Of a stretch of 64,000 nucleotides of DNA, positions 1-12,645 are shown piece by piece. This DNA comes from Penicillus capitatus. Lineage: Eukaryota; Plantae; Chlorophyta. The notes beneath the pieces are model-generated. The model was not told the DNA's origin, did no database searches, and was given only the letters and a program-made list of their open reading frames with translations. The position numbers and the translations under genes are program-made. The stretch covers positions 2,430,902 through 2,494,901 of the forward strand of contig OZ287694.1 of NCBI GenBank assembly GCA_965649825.1, given 5' to 3'. The first letter of the stretch is position 1, and each line of letters opens with the position of its first letter.

Positions 1-3000
1 TGATAGATAAAGCTGTAGGTGTTGAGCATGTAAGGCTCCATGAGCTTCTTCATGCGACGCTTGCGAAAAAGAAGGATCAGGAGATAAAGAGGGACGCCGC
101 ACAGGAAAAACACGATGCCCGGAATTCCGAGAAACACGACCAGAATAGCGTGATTCTGACGGAAGCACTCGATGTTTGTGTCCTGTGTCCAGTAGTAACC
201 ATCTGCTATGGAGAAGTGCGCGTAGCTGGCATTTCTTTGAGGGTCATCGAACTCCTCTACTCTGGACATGGCATCGGAGTCCAGACGAATGCAGCTGATG
301 GTTCCCATGAGGTCTTCTGAGATGGACTGGTAGGCAAAAAATTCGACGACGAGAAAGCTGATGATGAGCCTCGATCTGAGAAAGTGACGACACACCAAAG
401 GAGCCATGCTAGGGTTGTAGCGCATGACCAGCCACTGAGCGACAAAAAAGAACATGGCAAGCAGCATCAGGAAGAAAGGAAAAGACACGCGAAGAAGGAC
501 ACCGTAGATGGAGCGGAAATCGGAATCCATGTCCAGCAGACACGTCATCGGAGTGAATCCGGCACCGTTTGAGAAGCCCGCCACCGAATCTGGACACAAC
601 AGTCAAGCATGCAATGTCAAAAGGAGGACGTACGCATTCCAGCCAACATGTTTTTGATCGAATTCGTCCACTCCAGGTTGATGTTCACAGCAATGGCTGT
701 CACTTGGGAGAAGTTGACAAAGATCTGCAAACGCGTTACGGTGTTGCAGAAGAGTGACTGTGAAAAGAGATAACCTTGATGGTTTCGGAAACATGCTGAG
801 CTGCAATGACGTAATCGGCAGAGTGCTGTTGACTCGATGACATTTCCCTCTCAATGGGCGGAGAGGATACCGATGCAGGAGTCGGTTGCGATGTATTTGA
901 GAATCGTACAGGTTGCACTTCAATTTCGGTTTGCGTCACGTCACCAGGGAGCGAGCGTGACCTGGTTGCGGCGTCTGCCGCGGAGCTTTGGTTGTTTGGA
1001 AGCCGCATCATGAACGTAGCAGGCCTTCTACTTCTGTTATTCTTCTTTAAGCGTGATAGCGCAACTGCCCTTGTGGCGTGTTGCTGTGCAATGTCCATCG
1101 TCTGTTTCATGTCACGACCAGAGACCAGGGCACTTCGAATCGTGATGGCCAGGAAGATCAATTGCCACAGTCCCAGCAAAGAGATCACAATGGCCGTGGT
1201 GGTTTTGGTACTGCATTCCACACACGTCTTGCCATTGGCAAGTCCGTAGTCTCCTGCGCAGGATCCGCAGAGAGGTCCTTCGTATCCCGCGGAGCACTGT
1301 TCGTATTCTTCGTTGCTGAAGACAGGATGCTTCTCCTGATCGAAGCGGTCCAGAAACTCTTGAATCTTGGCATTGCGCATCTTCTCAAGGACCTTCTGCC
1401 GATCGCCGTAGGAACAGGCATCGTTGTGGAAGCACTCGTGCATGATCACTGAGAAGGGACTGGAGTGCCAGTAACCCAATGCGGGAACTAGCGATGCATT
1501 CCCCTCACACCTGGCATTGTCGGGACAGTCTGCGCAATCATCGACGTCCACGTAGAACGTGAACGATTCCAGAGCACAGGATTCGCAGGCAAAGCCTTCG
1601 CTGTTGTATCGTTCTCCCAGATGACACTCCCTCAGCGTCACACTCGCACTGACTGCCTTGATCTTGCCAACGCGGGCAGAGAAGATGATTTCGTACCGTC
1701 CAGGGAGGGCGCTGAGAGATAGTGCATCGAAGACGGCCACACCGTTCGAGGGCGTCGACAAGACTTGGCCAGCAGCAATTAACCCATCGCTGTCCAAACG
1801 CAGAGGGTCTACGCTGACAGCCAGAGAAGCGTCAACGATTCCACCGGTGACGACCTGATCCAACCCGTCTAGTACTTGGATCTCGATCGGAGGCAGAAAA
1901 TGTGTTCGGCCACTGGACTGGTTGGTGATCAGAATTCCAGTAGCAGGATCTGCAATTGGATGACGGATGCCCAGACGGACAGCCGTTCCTGCGATATCTT
2001 TTCCGTACCCATCTTTGCCGACCTGGTTGTCAATGAATCTGTCTCTCTTCTTCATCTTGTCTAATGTCTGGTAGTTGAAATCTCTGTCGACTTCAGCAAC
2101 CTCAGAATAGTACACGTGTCTGAGATTTGAGACCATCAAGGCACCTCCGGCAGCCTGGGCTCTGTTTCTTCTGAATGTCAGCGCATGGAGATTTAGGGTT
2201 CGGCACGGATCGCTCGTGAGCAAAGTGGAAGTCTGATCTGTGCTGGACGGACAGTCGGGCTTCCAGTCGATGTCTTCTTCGGTTGATATCATCATAGCAC
2301 CACCAACGGTTGCAACATTGCTCGTGAAGTTGCTGCTATAGATTTCAATCGTTGCTGGTGCTCTGTTGGCGATGCCGTTGAGATCCATGCAGATGGCACC
2401 TCCTCCACCTGGGTAACATGGATTGGCACTTGTAGGATCAAGAAGATCGGCATCCGAAGGAACAGAATCTTCATCTTTCAAGGCAGCTTCGAAAAAACGT
2501 TGAGTGGATTGAACGGCCGCATTTGGATACTCCAATGAATCTGGGGAGACAGCGGAGAGGTTGGAATGGGCCGTGTTGCCTGAGAACTTCCCGGAGTCCA
2601 ATTTGAATTTGTTCAGGATCGAGTTTGAGGCCTTGTAGTAGATGGCACCTCCACAGATGGCAGAGTTTCTGGTAATTTCAGAAAAATCTTAACGAAAGGC
2701 AGCTTTCGAACCAGTACTTACCCGAGGAACTCATTGCGTGGAGGATCCACGATTCCAAAAGCTTCGGCATTCGGGTCCGCTGATCCTACCGTGATGCGGA
2801 CAGTAGAAACACTTTCCACATACATTGCGCCTCCTTTCTGTGCTGAGTTGTTGTGCATTTGTACGTCCGTCACTGACAGATCACTTCCAGTTTTCGAGTT
2901 AATGAAGCAGACGGCGCCTCCATTCTGTTCTGCTTTGTTTTGCACATAGAAGACTCTATTGATGTGTATGATTCCCGAACCGATGCCAAACATGGCGCCA

Positions 3001-4533
3001 CCATCGAAAGCCACATTGTCTTCAAAACGCGAAGCAGTTAGGTCCGAATGGCCTTCAGAAAGAGTCAGTCCAGCTCCGTTAGTCAGAAAAATGGCCCCGC
3101 CCACAAATGCAGTGTTGTTCTTGAACACTGTTGTTTTAGCTTCCGGAGCAGCGACGTTGCGGAAAACGACGGCACCCCCTCCCAGCGATGCCCTGTTGTT
3201 AGTGAATTGGCAATCGTTTATTCCACACGATGATTCGATTGGGGCAACGTAGTGGAATGCACCCCCATAAACAGCAGAGTTATTGTCAAAGGTAGACTTT
3301 TCGATGTCCAGCTTCGATGTAATCTCAGAAAAAGCTGCAAAAATAGCCCCTCCCATTTGCAAGTCCGATTCGTCCATGGTGTTCTGGGGCGGTTCGACAC
3401 AGTTACCCTCGAAGTTAGAGTTCCGAACAGTGATCTTCTGATTGTCACTGAAGTGGATGGCGCCTCCTGCTGGAACGGCATGGTTTGATTTGAATGTGCA
3501 GTTTTCAATATCAACTTCAGCGTAATCTGCGACATAGATGGCTCCACCGGAAGGCGAAGGTAAAGGAAAACGCAAGTAAGGATTGGCCTCCAACGGACTG
3601 CCACCGGTCAGTGTCAGACCAGATTGATCACGTCCGCCTCGCAGCACACTGTTTCCCTCAAATGTCGAATCCACAATCGTGATCTGGGACGTCTGCAGCT
3701 CTGCTTCGGCCTCTCTGGGCTGCTGGTTGACAAGGATGGCGCCTCCGGTACTTGATGCCACGTTCGCGATGAAAGAAGAGTTCTCGACGCGCAGAGAGTG
3801 TCCGTGAAAGGAGATGGCTCCACCCCCGATTCCAGTATTTCTCTGGAAACGGCAGCCGAGTATCTGAGCGTGAACCTCAGCCTCAGCATGAAATCCGCCG
3901 CCAGCGCTGAGTTCATCTGATTCGACGTTGTCAATGAAGTCCACATTTGTTAGTGTGACGTCCAGTCTCTGCGGAGGACGAGATTGACATTCTGGATCGA
4001 ACGGATCATCGCAAACCGCTGTCTTGTCGAGAACATGGACTGCAGTCTTCGTGCAATTTCGCAAGATCAAGTTTTCGACTTCGATTCCATTCGCACTACA
4101 TTCCCAAACGTCACATCGCGAATGCTGAAAGCATCAGTGAACGCACTGTATCATGAAGCCTTCTTCGTCTTTGGCGCACGTCAAACTCGGCCGGACGTTA
4201 GGGTCCCCGCGGAACGTCAGACGCGGAGTGTTGACTTCGATGCCGGACGGCAGCTGTATGTCCTCGGTGACGACGAAGACGGCATTCCGCCGGGCATTTG
4301 CGACCAACTTGTTGAACTGGTTTGCGTTTTGACTTGTGATGATGATTTCTCTTCCACCGCGCTGCTGCAGCTGTCGCGTCTTCGTCGCTGCTCGACAAAA
4401 AACTCGATTTTATGTTGTTTCTTTCTCGGATCCTTAAATGGATCGTACCAGTTTTCTCAGCTGGGACAGCACGTCCTTTCGCAAACAAAACCAAAGCCAC
4501 AGCAATGTACAAAAGATACGCTGTCTTCGACAT
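1..4533 (-). CDS. Secreted/membrane protein with Chlamydia Pmp-like (GGA[IVL]...FxxN) beta-helix repeats, a Cys-rich region and a multi-pass TM C-terminus; 3' end runs off the window
   Basis: ATG at 4533 gives signal-peptide-like MSKTAYLLYIAVALVLFAKGRA. Short GT-AG introns join ORFs 2718-4070 and 736-2601, which carry many GGAI/GGAF/GGAV and FxxN motifs, CESC..CADCPDNARC and LGYWHSS. Frame stays open to base 1 (YWTQDTNIEC, LGIPGIVFFLCGVPLY). Confidence 0.8.
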
Positions 4534-7500
4534 CTGTTCAGGAACGGTCGTTTTGCTGCCTTCTTGCAGAGTAAACAAAACGGAGGCGAGATACTTTGGA
4601 TTGTGCGCCGGAAAGTGTCGTCGAGCCTTCGGAAAGGAAACAGAAACGGTTTTCGCTACTCGAACTCTTCCGGCCGTTGCTGCCACCAGATGTCTAGCGG
4701 TCAAAAACGAGTGGTAGAAAGACACGCTACATGCAGATGTGACGGTTGTCCTCGTCGTAACGTTCGTAAATGAATTAAACTACAGTTAAAGATGGGCAAA
4801 AGCGTTCTCTCTCCGTCAAGGACGTTTTACCCTCGCCACTCACAAAGCCTCAAGCTGCAGTGCCACGATGAGCCGAACGCGATCTTCTTTGTGCGTCTTG
4901 CCTCCCCTTCTGTCTTCTAAATGTCGATGGATTTGATAAAATGTACGGAAACGCGAGAATTGAAACCCGACAATCGAAGAAGTCGACAGTTTCGAAGGGG
5001 TGTCTCCCTGCGTCGGAGAACTTCCCTAGTGTCGTTTACTTCGTCGTGCAGAGAAGCATTTGAAAACGAAGAGGTCACCAGAGTTGTGATCGAAAGAGTG
5101 GAGGGAACACGCCAATCGCGACAACCGACACAAAGCTATCTTTCGATACATGTCAGAGAATTATGAGTCCCCTAAGTGCTGTTGTTGATCAGGCAGCCAG
5201 TTTTGAAGGCTGACCCGGACGCAGGTCCTCTCGGAAGCGAGTCACGCAGGGAACTGTGTGGCTAGTAACTCTTTAATTAATGACACGACCCATACTGCTA
5301 GCCGACGGGTCCGAATACCCGGAAACCTTCATGTGTCACCTCACCTGTCGCCATTACGCTATACATTTCAGTGTCTCTACCGTTGCAATGGCACAAGAAG
5401 ATACGAAAGAATCTTATAACGGTGTTCAGATGTTAGAATGGTTGAATATGCACTGTTGTGGAAATGGAGTTGTTTTGAATGTGTTAAATCTGTGCGCCAT
5501 GCCATAAAAAATTTCGTACGTATTTTCGGGGGAGCATTGAAAGCCTCATTGGTATGTTCATAGGTCTTCCCGTTACATCGTAAGAACTTCAAGCACAGTT
5601 TCACGTATGTTGATTAAGAAATTCAATACGATTTCACAACACCGTCCATCTCATTTCCGACATCGTGTCTTGCCGAGGCACGGCTCAACCGCTCCAAAGA
5701 CCTACGACACCGTTCACACCGGCCATTTCTGATACATCCCTCAGTTGCTCCGTAATCGTTGCTCAAACTCTTGTCAACGACGTCCACGCAAGAGAAACTA
5801 GTGAAAAAGCCGGACGCAACACGATAGGTGATTTGCATCCGTTACGGCTGGCATCACTGTTTGTTACAGGGCATACGAAGACAAGCACGACTTCACGTAC
5901 TCGACCATACTTGTCGTTATACGAAGAAAAGACAGTCAAAGTTCATGACGCAGCGCAGTACAACGCATTCCGTCTGTCTTGTTGTGACGTTCGCGAGGGG
6001 CTTGTCATGCATGAGGCAAACATGACATCACGCACGACGCCCACGATGAGAGGCACCACGTCATGTGGCATTTTGATTATTCAAACGGTCGTGAATCTTG
6101 TATGCGCTAAAGTTCAAGATACTACTGCGACGCACCTTTCCACGTGTCCATCCGACCACGAAGGCGGAAGCCCAGTGGCCCTGCCACTCACATGGCTTCG
6201 AAGCGAAGCGATTCCCAAGCTCGCGACCGGGTATCTACAAGCTCAGTTCGCGGAGTGGTTGCCAATTCTCGGTTACGCTCAGTTGTTTTTGTGGCCATAG
6301 TTATTTTCCCCAGAGCGTTAGCATGGAGCAATGGAGACCCCCGACGAAGATGTGCGAACACAGCAAAGCGAGAGAAGCCGATTTTGTCGCAAGTCCTTTT
6401 TCGAAGAGCCAATCTCGTGCTTCCGTTGCTTGTCGAGAAGAAGATATCCGCTGCGTATTTCAAGACAAGATTATACCGCTCATCAAAAACATTTGTGGCG
6501 ATTCGGAAGTGAACATAAAGGACATTTGAGGATTCGGAGTGAGAGCTTGCAGTTCAGCTCGGCCGCGGGAGAGCGGATGTGTCCATGTCAAGAGTGCGTC
6601 GGAGTCTTCGTTTCGGGCTATTTAGGCGGGAGGCCACAGCGGCGAACAAACCGCCCCGTGTGGCGCTACGCCGGCAGACGATTCAGTGGTGGAGGCCCTG
6701 GCATAAGGAAGACGAGAGAGGGGCTTATAACAATGTGACACTCCATGGTCGAAGCATGGGCGTTTAACGCGAGAACTGTTCTGTTGCATTCGTCTAGCTG
6801 TGTAACTAACCATTACCGGCGGAGTTTTCCGCGACCGGCACGTCCGCTTCTTCCCTCGCTTGGAATCCTCGCATGCCCCACGAGTCAGAACAAGTTCGTG
6901 CCAAACACGAGGAAATCTAGGAGAACGTCGAGCGAGAGTGTACTTGCAAAGAAACTTCATAGGAACGGTGCTTGTTTTCGGTTTGCATGTTCAAATCCGT
7001 GCGGAATAAACACACTCCTATCGATACGAATAGTTAAAGTGACGCGACACAAGAGGCGGAAGGTATCGACAGAACGGACATCTGAGTTTTACGTTCGATG
7101 TGGAGGGAAGCACTCTGCACAGATGGTATGATACAGCCCGCGGTAGGGTTTATTGAAGAAATGTGACCATGGAGCGGGGCCTTACAATCGACGAATCGTG
7201 TTTGCGCTAATGTCCTCTCCGCTGCCGGTCCGGCCCTACACACTACGACATAACGCGACAACATTTAGCATTATCCGTGATGTGACGTTGACGGATTGGC
7301 AACGCCTTTGGTGGCGCAGACTGTCGAAATCTGGTACATCCAATTACTCTTTGGTTTCACGATTGTATACTTCATGTGTGATATCTATCCTTCTCCGACT
7401 TTCAGAGGTAGGCGTTTCGGCGCTAACGCGTTCGGAAGACTTCTGCTCTCTCGCGAGTTGCTGTTTAGAGACACGAGACCGTTTCGTCGGTTAAGACCTC

Positions 7501-7769
7501 GAAGAGATTCGTAACAATCGAACGACGTGCGTGCAAGCTGATTCGCAGCAACCATCGTCCGTTCAAAAGCATGTCCGTCATACAGCACCCCAATGACCCA
7601 GATTGAAAAAATAACAGCAGCTGTCACATCAATTACGCATGAGTGTGACGCTCGCTTCGGCACATGAAATACGGTAAACGCAGAACATCCAACGATGTTC
7701 CGACGATAATGTGTCGCCTAATGTATCTCTATTCAACACTGCATTTGGCAGTTCTGTAAGATGATCGCG

Positions 7770-8897
7770 TCAAACGGAATCTCCGAAACTTCTGCCCAGC
7801 TCTTCGTTAATTGCAGCTCGCATCTCTTCGTAACTGCCGTGTCCTGTGACCGGCTGCATCATGGCACGCCACTTTGCATCCATCTTCTGATGCATCTCCT
7901 CGGAGAGCAGTCTATTCCCATCTCCCAGCCTCCCATTGCGAACTCTGCCTTCGTGCGTATGGACACCGTAATAGCGCGGAAGGCCCAGCGCCTCGTTCCT
8001 GGCGATCTTGATCTGATGCGAATCGAACTTGTGCTTGTGCTTCTTCATGAAGTCGAAGGACGCCTAAGAACTGTCTATCGAACAACAGGTAGAAACATCG
8101 ACGGAGAAATGCTTTGCCTGTTCCTCCACGAGCTTCAGCAGCTTGGGATCGTCTGCTCCCACGTTCAGAAACTGAGCGACCAGGCGGATGCATTGCGTCA
8201 GATCCGCCTTCATGTCCTCATAGTGCAGCCACAAGACGTCTGCGTCTTTGCGGCGAGGATACCACGAAACTGGAAAACAAACACAATCAGTAAGTGACTC
8301 GAGTACCATCCATCCCTTACCCATATGCTGCATCTGCTGAGCGTTGGCCATAGGCATGTTCGGCAGCTCTTGCATGACCATCCATTCGACGAATTCATTA
8401 ATATCTATGTCGCTTTCCTCAAACAGCCAGTTGTGAAAGTGGAAGTAATAGGACACAATAGAGTCCTTCGGATTTCTGCAAAGCAGTCGACGGTGCGTAC
8501 GAATCAACAGCAAGAGGCAGACCCACCTGACCACAACGATGTGCTTGCCAAACCCCTTGATGGACATCTCGTAAGGGAAGTGCGTCTTGAAGAGACGGGG
8601 CGGCTCGAATGGCTGAGACGACTCCAGTTCGCGTTCGTGCTCAAACTCGTAATAGAACTCGATGAATGGAATGACGGAGTCCATTTCGTCGAAGTTCATG
8701 TCCCCTCCGGAGCGAAGTCCGTGCATAATCTGCTGCATCCAAGCCGTCCCTGACTTCGGTCCCGTCGCCAAGAGAACGTCATCAGGACTCGGCTGGAAAC
8801 GCAACGCCTTTTCGAGGCACTCAGGGGTGTACGCCAAAGAAAGTCGTCGAAGGAATTTCCAAACGCACGGAGGAGGTTCTGCTCCCGAAACATTCAT
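7770..8897 (-). CDS. Cytosolic-type (SULT family) sulfotransferase, copy 1; 4 exons
   Basis: PAPS loop ATGPKSGTAW, RLFKTH, RNPKDSIVSYY, LWLHYEDMK, C-terminal RVRNG; three short introns. Confidence 0.9.
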
Positions 8898-9083
8898 CTA
8901 GAAAAGGTGCAGGCTGGGAGAACGCAGACGAAGAAAAAAGCAACAGATGACAAAACAGACTGCAAGACTTTTCACAAAGGATTTCGACTAATTGAGAAAG
9001 CAACACCATTACGCGAAAAAAACGTTTCCGGCAAAGATGACGTCACTTGCGTCCAAGACGTACGGCAGAATTTACAGAAACGT

Positions 9084-10026
9084 CTACTTCACAGACGCTT
9101 CCTCCGTTTCACGCTTCTGTTTCTTCCTGGGGACGTCGAGCTGGTTCTCTTCGAGATCCAGATCCACGTGTGTCACGTCGAGGGCACAACACTGAGCGAC
9201 GTCCACATCCAACAGATCCGCCAGACACGGATGCGTTCGGCCGAAGTCCCCGTGGACGAACTCCTTTATGTAGCATCCCGCCGACGTGCAGACCTCCAGT
9301 GTCAGATACCGTCTGTGGTGCCTGACCGCGGCGGCTTTCATCCAGTGGACCACTTTGCTGCGTGCCGCGTTGGCCCGACGGTGCGCCACTCGAAGGGGCG
9401 TCCACTGCGTGACATCCACGTCTCTGAGGCCGTTGAGTTGCTCTATGTCACTCGACGTGACGTCCCGGGAGATCCACACCAGTGCGAGATAGCTCTTCTG
9501 CATGTCTTCCTCCCCGGACTTCATGCAGAGAATGGAATCCCTTTTCGCCACCTGCCAGTCCCGAACGAGCACGCCTGTAGTCCGATCCGACGTCTCTCTC
9601 AGCAGCTGCTCCAGGTCCTCCCTACGATCCAATCCAGAACGCGATAGATAGGGCGCTGGGGTTGGAGGCGCGAGACGTGGCGAGTGTCTGGGGATGAGGG
9701 TTCGTGATCTCGACAGTGAAAGGCCGTCCTGTGCCCAACATTCGAACATCCATGTCTTCCCGACCGGCAGGAATGAATTTGACGCCGTCGCTGGTGACGA
9801 TTTTTCCGACAGCCGCAGCGACGACGGACTCGACGGACGACTCCGCCATGACGGTGCCATCGCGCAACACAAATGGCGTCTGGCTGATATCTCGGCGGAG
9901 CTTGAGATAGCGTCCGTTCAGATACAGCCGTTGCACCTGCACCTGTCCCTGAGGAACAGCTCTCCGTTAGGTGCGTCATCTGCCAAGAGAAGCGCGCCGT
10001 ACGGAAGAGGGCCCTGTGCTCGACAT
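9084..10026 (-). CDS. PUS10: tRNA pseudouridine synthase Pus10, catalytic domain only; 3 exons (in-frame ATGs also at 10044 and 10053)
   Basis: GRYLKLRRDISQTP, AGREDMDVRMLGTGRPF (catalytic Asp present), QWTPLRVAHRR, AGCYIKEFVHGDFGRTHP. Two GT-AG introns restore the frame. Confidence 0.88.
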
Positions 10027-10073
10027 AGCCAAAATGGGCGACATCGAGATCATCGCGAAATCAAACCCCGAAG

Positions 10074-10864
10074 ATGTTCAGACCGAAAGACTCGAAGGGT
10101 ACGCTCACTCTTCCTCGACAGCCGCGATGCGCAGCGTCATGATGCAGAGACGATTCGAGAATCGCGTCGGGGTATTGACAAGAGTACGAGAGGTGCGGCT
10201 CACTCAAAATGGACTGGATAAGTGTAAGGCATGTGTTTTGCAGAACTCGACCGCGAGTTGAATCGACTGAAGATAGAGGAGAAGAAAATGATTCAGCAAA
10301 TTAAGCAAGCTGCACGACAAGGAAACGATGCTTCCACCCGCACTTTGGCGAAATCTCTCGTCCGAGTGCGTCAACAGATGACGAAACTGACATCAGGAAA
10401 GGCGCAACTCCATGGCGTCTCTACTCAGATAATGGTCCACACGAGGCACGGCCTTCACGCGTCAACGAATGAGGGTGGTGTAGACTGCTGGATCGACGCA
10501 TACTGTTGGAATGGCAATGAAGAATGCCGGTAAGGCGATGGAGGCGGTGGGCAAGGCGGCAGATATGGAGAAACTCCCTCAGACGCTGGCGCAGTTTGTG
10601 AAGGAGAATGAAAAGTTGGATCTGATGGAGGAGATGATGGGAGATGCCGCGGAGGCTGCCTTTGATACGGACGGTGTCGATGAGGACGCAGATGCGGTGA
10701 TGAATCAAGTGCTGGACGAAATCGGCATCGATATTTCGGCCGAGCTCGCAAATGCCAATGCTCCAAGAAAGCCGAGAGTGGCCGCCAACACCCCCGCAGC
10801 TGCAGAAGACACAACAGCAGAAGAGCAGGAACTAATGCGCAGACTGGGGGCATTGAAGAACTGA
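10074..10864 (+). CDS. VPS2: ESCRT-III subunit VPS2/CHMP2; 4 exons
   Basis: Spliced product MFRPKDSKETIRESRRGIDKSTRELDRELNRLKIEEKKM...LAKSLVRVRQQ...MNQVLDEIGIDISAEL...LMRRLGALKN. Confidence 0.9.
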
Positions 10865-11630
10865 CCCCTATACGGGAAACACGCGCTTCAGTCTACTGTC
10901 ATCCCTGGAAAACGTACTCTAGCGTCAGGAGAATGTCCGCTGTCTTCATGGTGTGTCTCTGTGGATATTGAAAGGTGCGTTGATGTGACGTTCTCCGAGA
11001 TCGGGCCCTTGGGCATCTGTCGTACAGCAGGATTTCAAGTCGGACTGGCATGTAATGTGTTTACTTCATGTACGAAAATCGTCGATTACCTTTAGATGCC
11101 CACCTGCTCGTCAAATCGCATTGACGGGTGCGTCTATCATCGTTTGTCAAAGCGTTCGGCAAGGTCCACGGATAGGCAAAACTGCCCAAACCTGACAGCA
11201 ATGTCGACTTCGGCCTCATACTCTGCACCATTCGAAAGATCTCCGAACGCAAACCTAGAAGCCATCGGGAAAAGACTGATATGATCAGCCTCGGCTGGAT
11301 GACAGTCATCTACTAAGAGGAGATCCAAGACAGGTAGAAAGCACATCCAGTCGATCATGCTAAACGGATCTCTGGAAGAAATGTGGGCTGCAACGATATC
11401 GCTTCGCTATTCGTTTCCCTGAGTGTCACGCTGACCCGAGCAAGGGAGCCCTGGTATTGCCAACGCGCAGCTATTTGAGCACCACCTTACTGAGACTCGG
11501 ACAGTGGTATGATCGCAACGGCTCTTCTCTCCGGGAGATCGACTGATGTGACTACCGTTAGGTATACGTTTACGTCGACCTTCTAGTACCCTAAAGGCGT
11601 TGTTTCGATTTTGGTGTGCGCGTGTCAAAG

Positions 11631-12334
11631 ATGTCGGCCCTCATGATGTCGTCGTTGCCGAGTCTCTTGCTGCCAAAGAGACTGACGCCGTTGAAGAAGG
11701 GAAGGAAGGGACGCAAATCCCGTCGCGCTGCACAACGCGCACGTGCCGCTGCGGAGGACGAGACAAAAAGCTCAACATCGCCGACAACAGCAGGAGCCGC
11801 AAAAGGCCCCTCTGTGCCAGAAAGCACGGGAGGACCATCGACTCCACCCACGACGCTCTCTTCATCCACCTCATCGTCATCTGCCGTGACCTCCACGGCG
11901 AAGACCGTCGGTGGACGAATCTTAAGTCCGTCGACGAAGTCTCTCCTTCCGTCAAGAGCTTTGCCGTCTAGAGTCGATGACGATACTCGGGGGTGCGCCG
12001 GAGTTGATCATCGGCCGCGCCGCCATGATCTCCATTCCGTCAGTGTTCTTCTACGAGATGATCAAACAGGAAGAGTTCCTGCAGCTGATCAGGGATAACA
12101 AGTTTCTGTTTCTGACTGCCATCGGTGTCCTCTCTTTGGCATCTTTGATTCCTATTGCGATGGGAGCCAAATACGAAGACTTCGGTGCGTGCTTTTGCAT
12201 CCTCTCACTCTTTCTCACTCTTTCATGTAGGATTCATGACGACGCATGCCGAATTGATCAACGGCCGTGCGGCAATGATAGGTATCATCGCTATCCTGGC
12301 TTTGGAGGCGAGGTCGGGCACAAATTTCTTCTAA
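11631..12334 (+). CDS. ELIP: Early light-induced protein (ELIP/LHC-like); 3 exons
   Basis: Ser/Arg/Lys-rich transit-like N-terminus; GAPELIIGRAAM, SLASLIPIAMG, THAELINGRAAMIGIIA. Introns 11911-11971 and 12185-12230. Confidence 0.85.
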
Positions 12335-12645
12335 ACACGGGATTCGGCATTGCTGGGTGGGATACATCTGTATCGGCATTGTATGGAGCGAGGCGTGTGA
12401 TTGGATTCTTTCTCTCCCCTTAGCAGAAGCGGTTGGGATCACACTTCAATGAACAACGAAAGTGTGACTGGAAATGACTTGCATGATGTCTTGACCTCTT
12501 AGATGGGATGGGTATGCCTCAAAAGCAACGGACCCATTAGCCGCCACATGACCCACGTGTTGTTGATGTTGTTGTCGACCAACATACATCTGTTGATGGA
12601 TGCTATAACCGTCATTGTTACGAAAAGATACATGTCTGTGTGCTT

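Noticed and set aside
11060-11600. Possible small gene between VPS2 and ELIP (e.g. ORF 11137-11358)
   Set aside because: No family motif and no convincing splice model.
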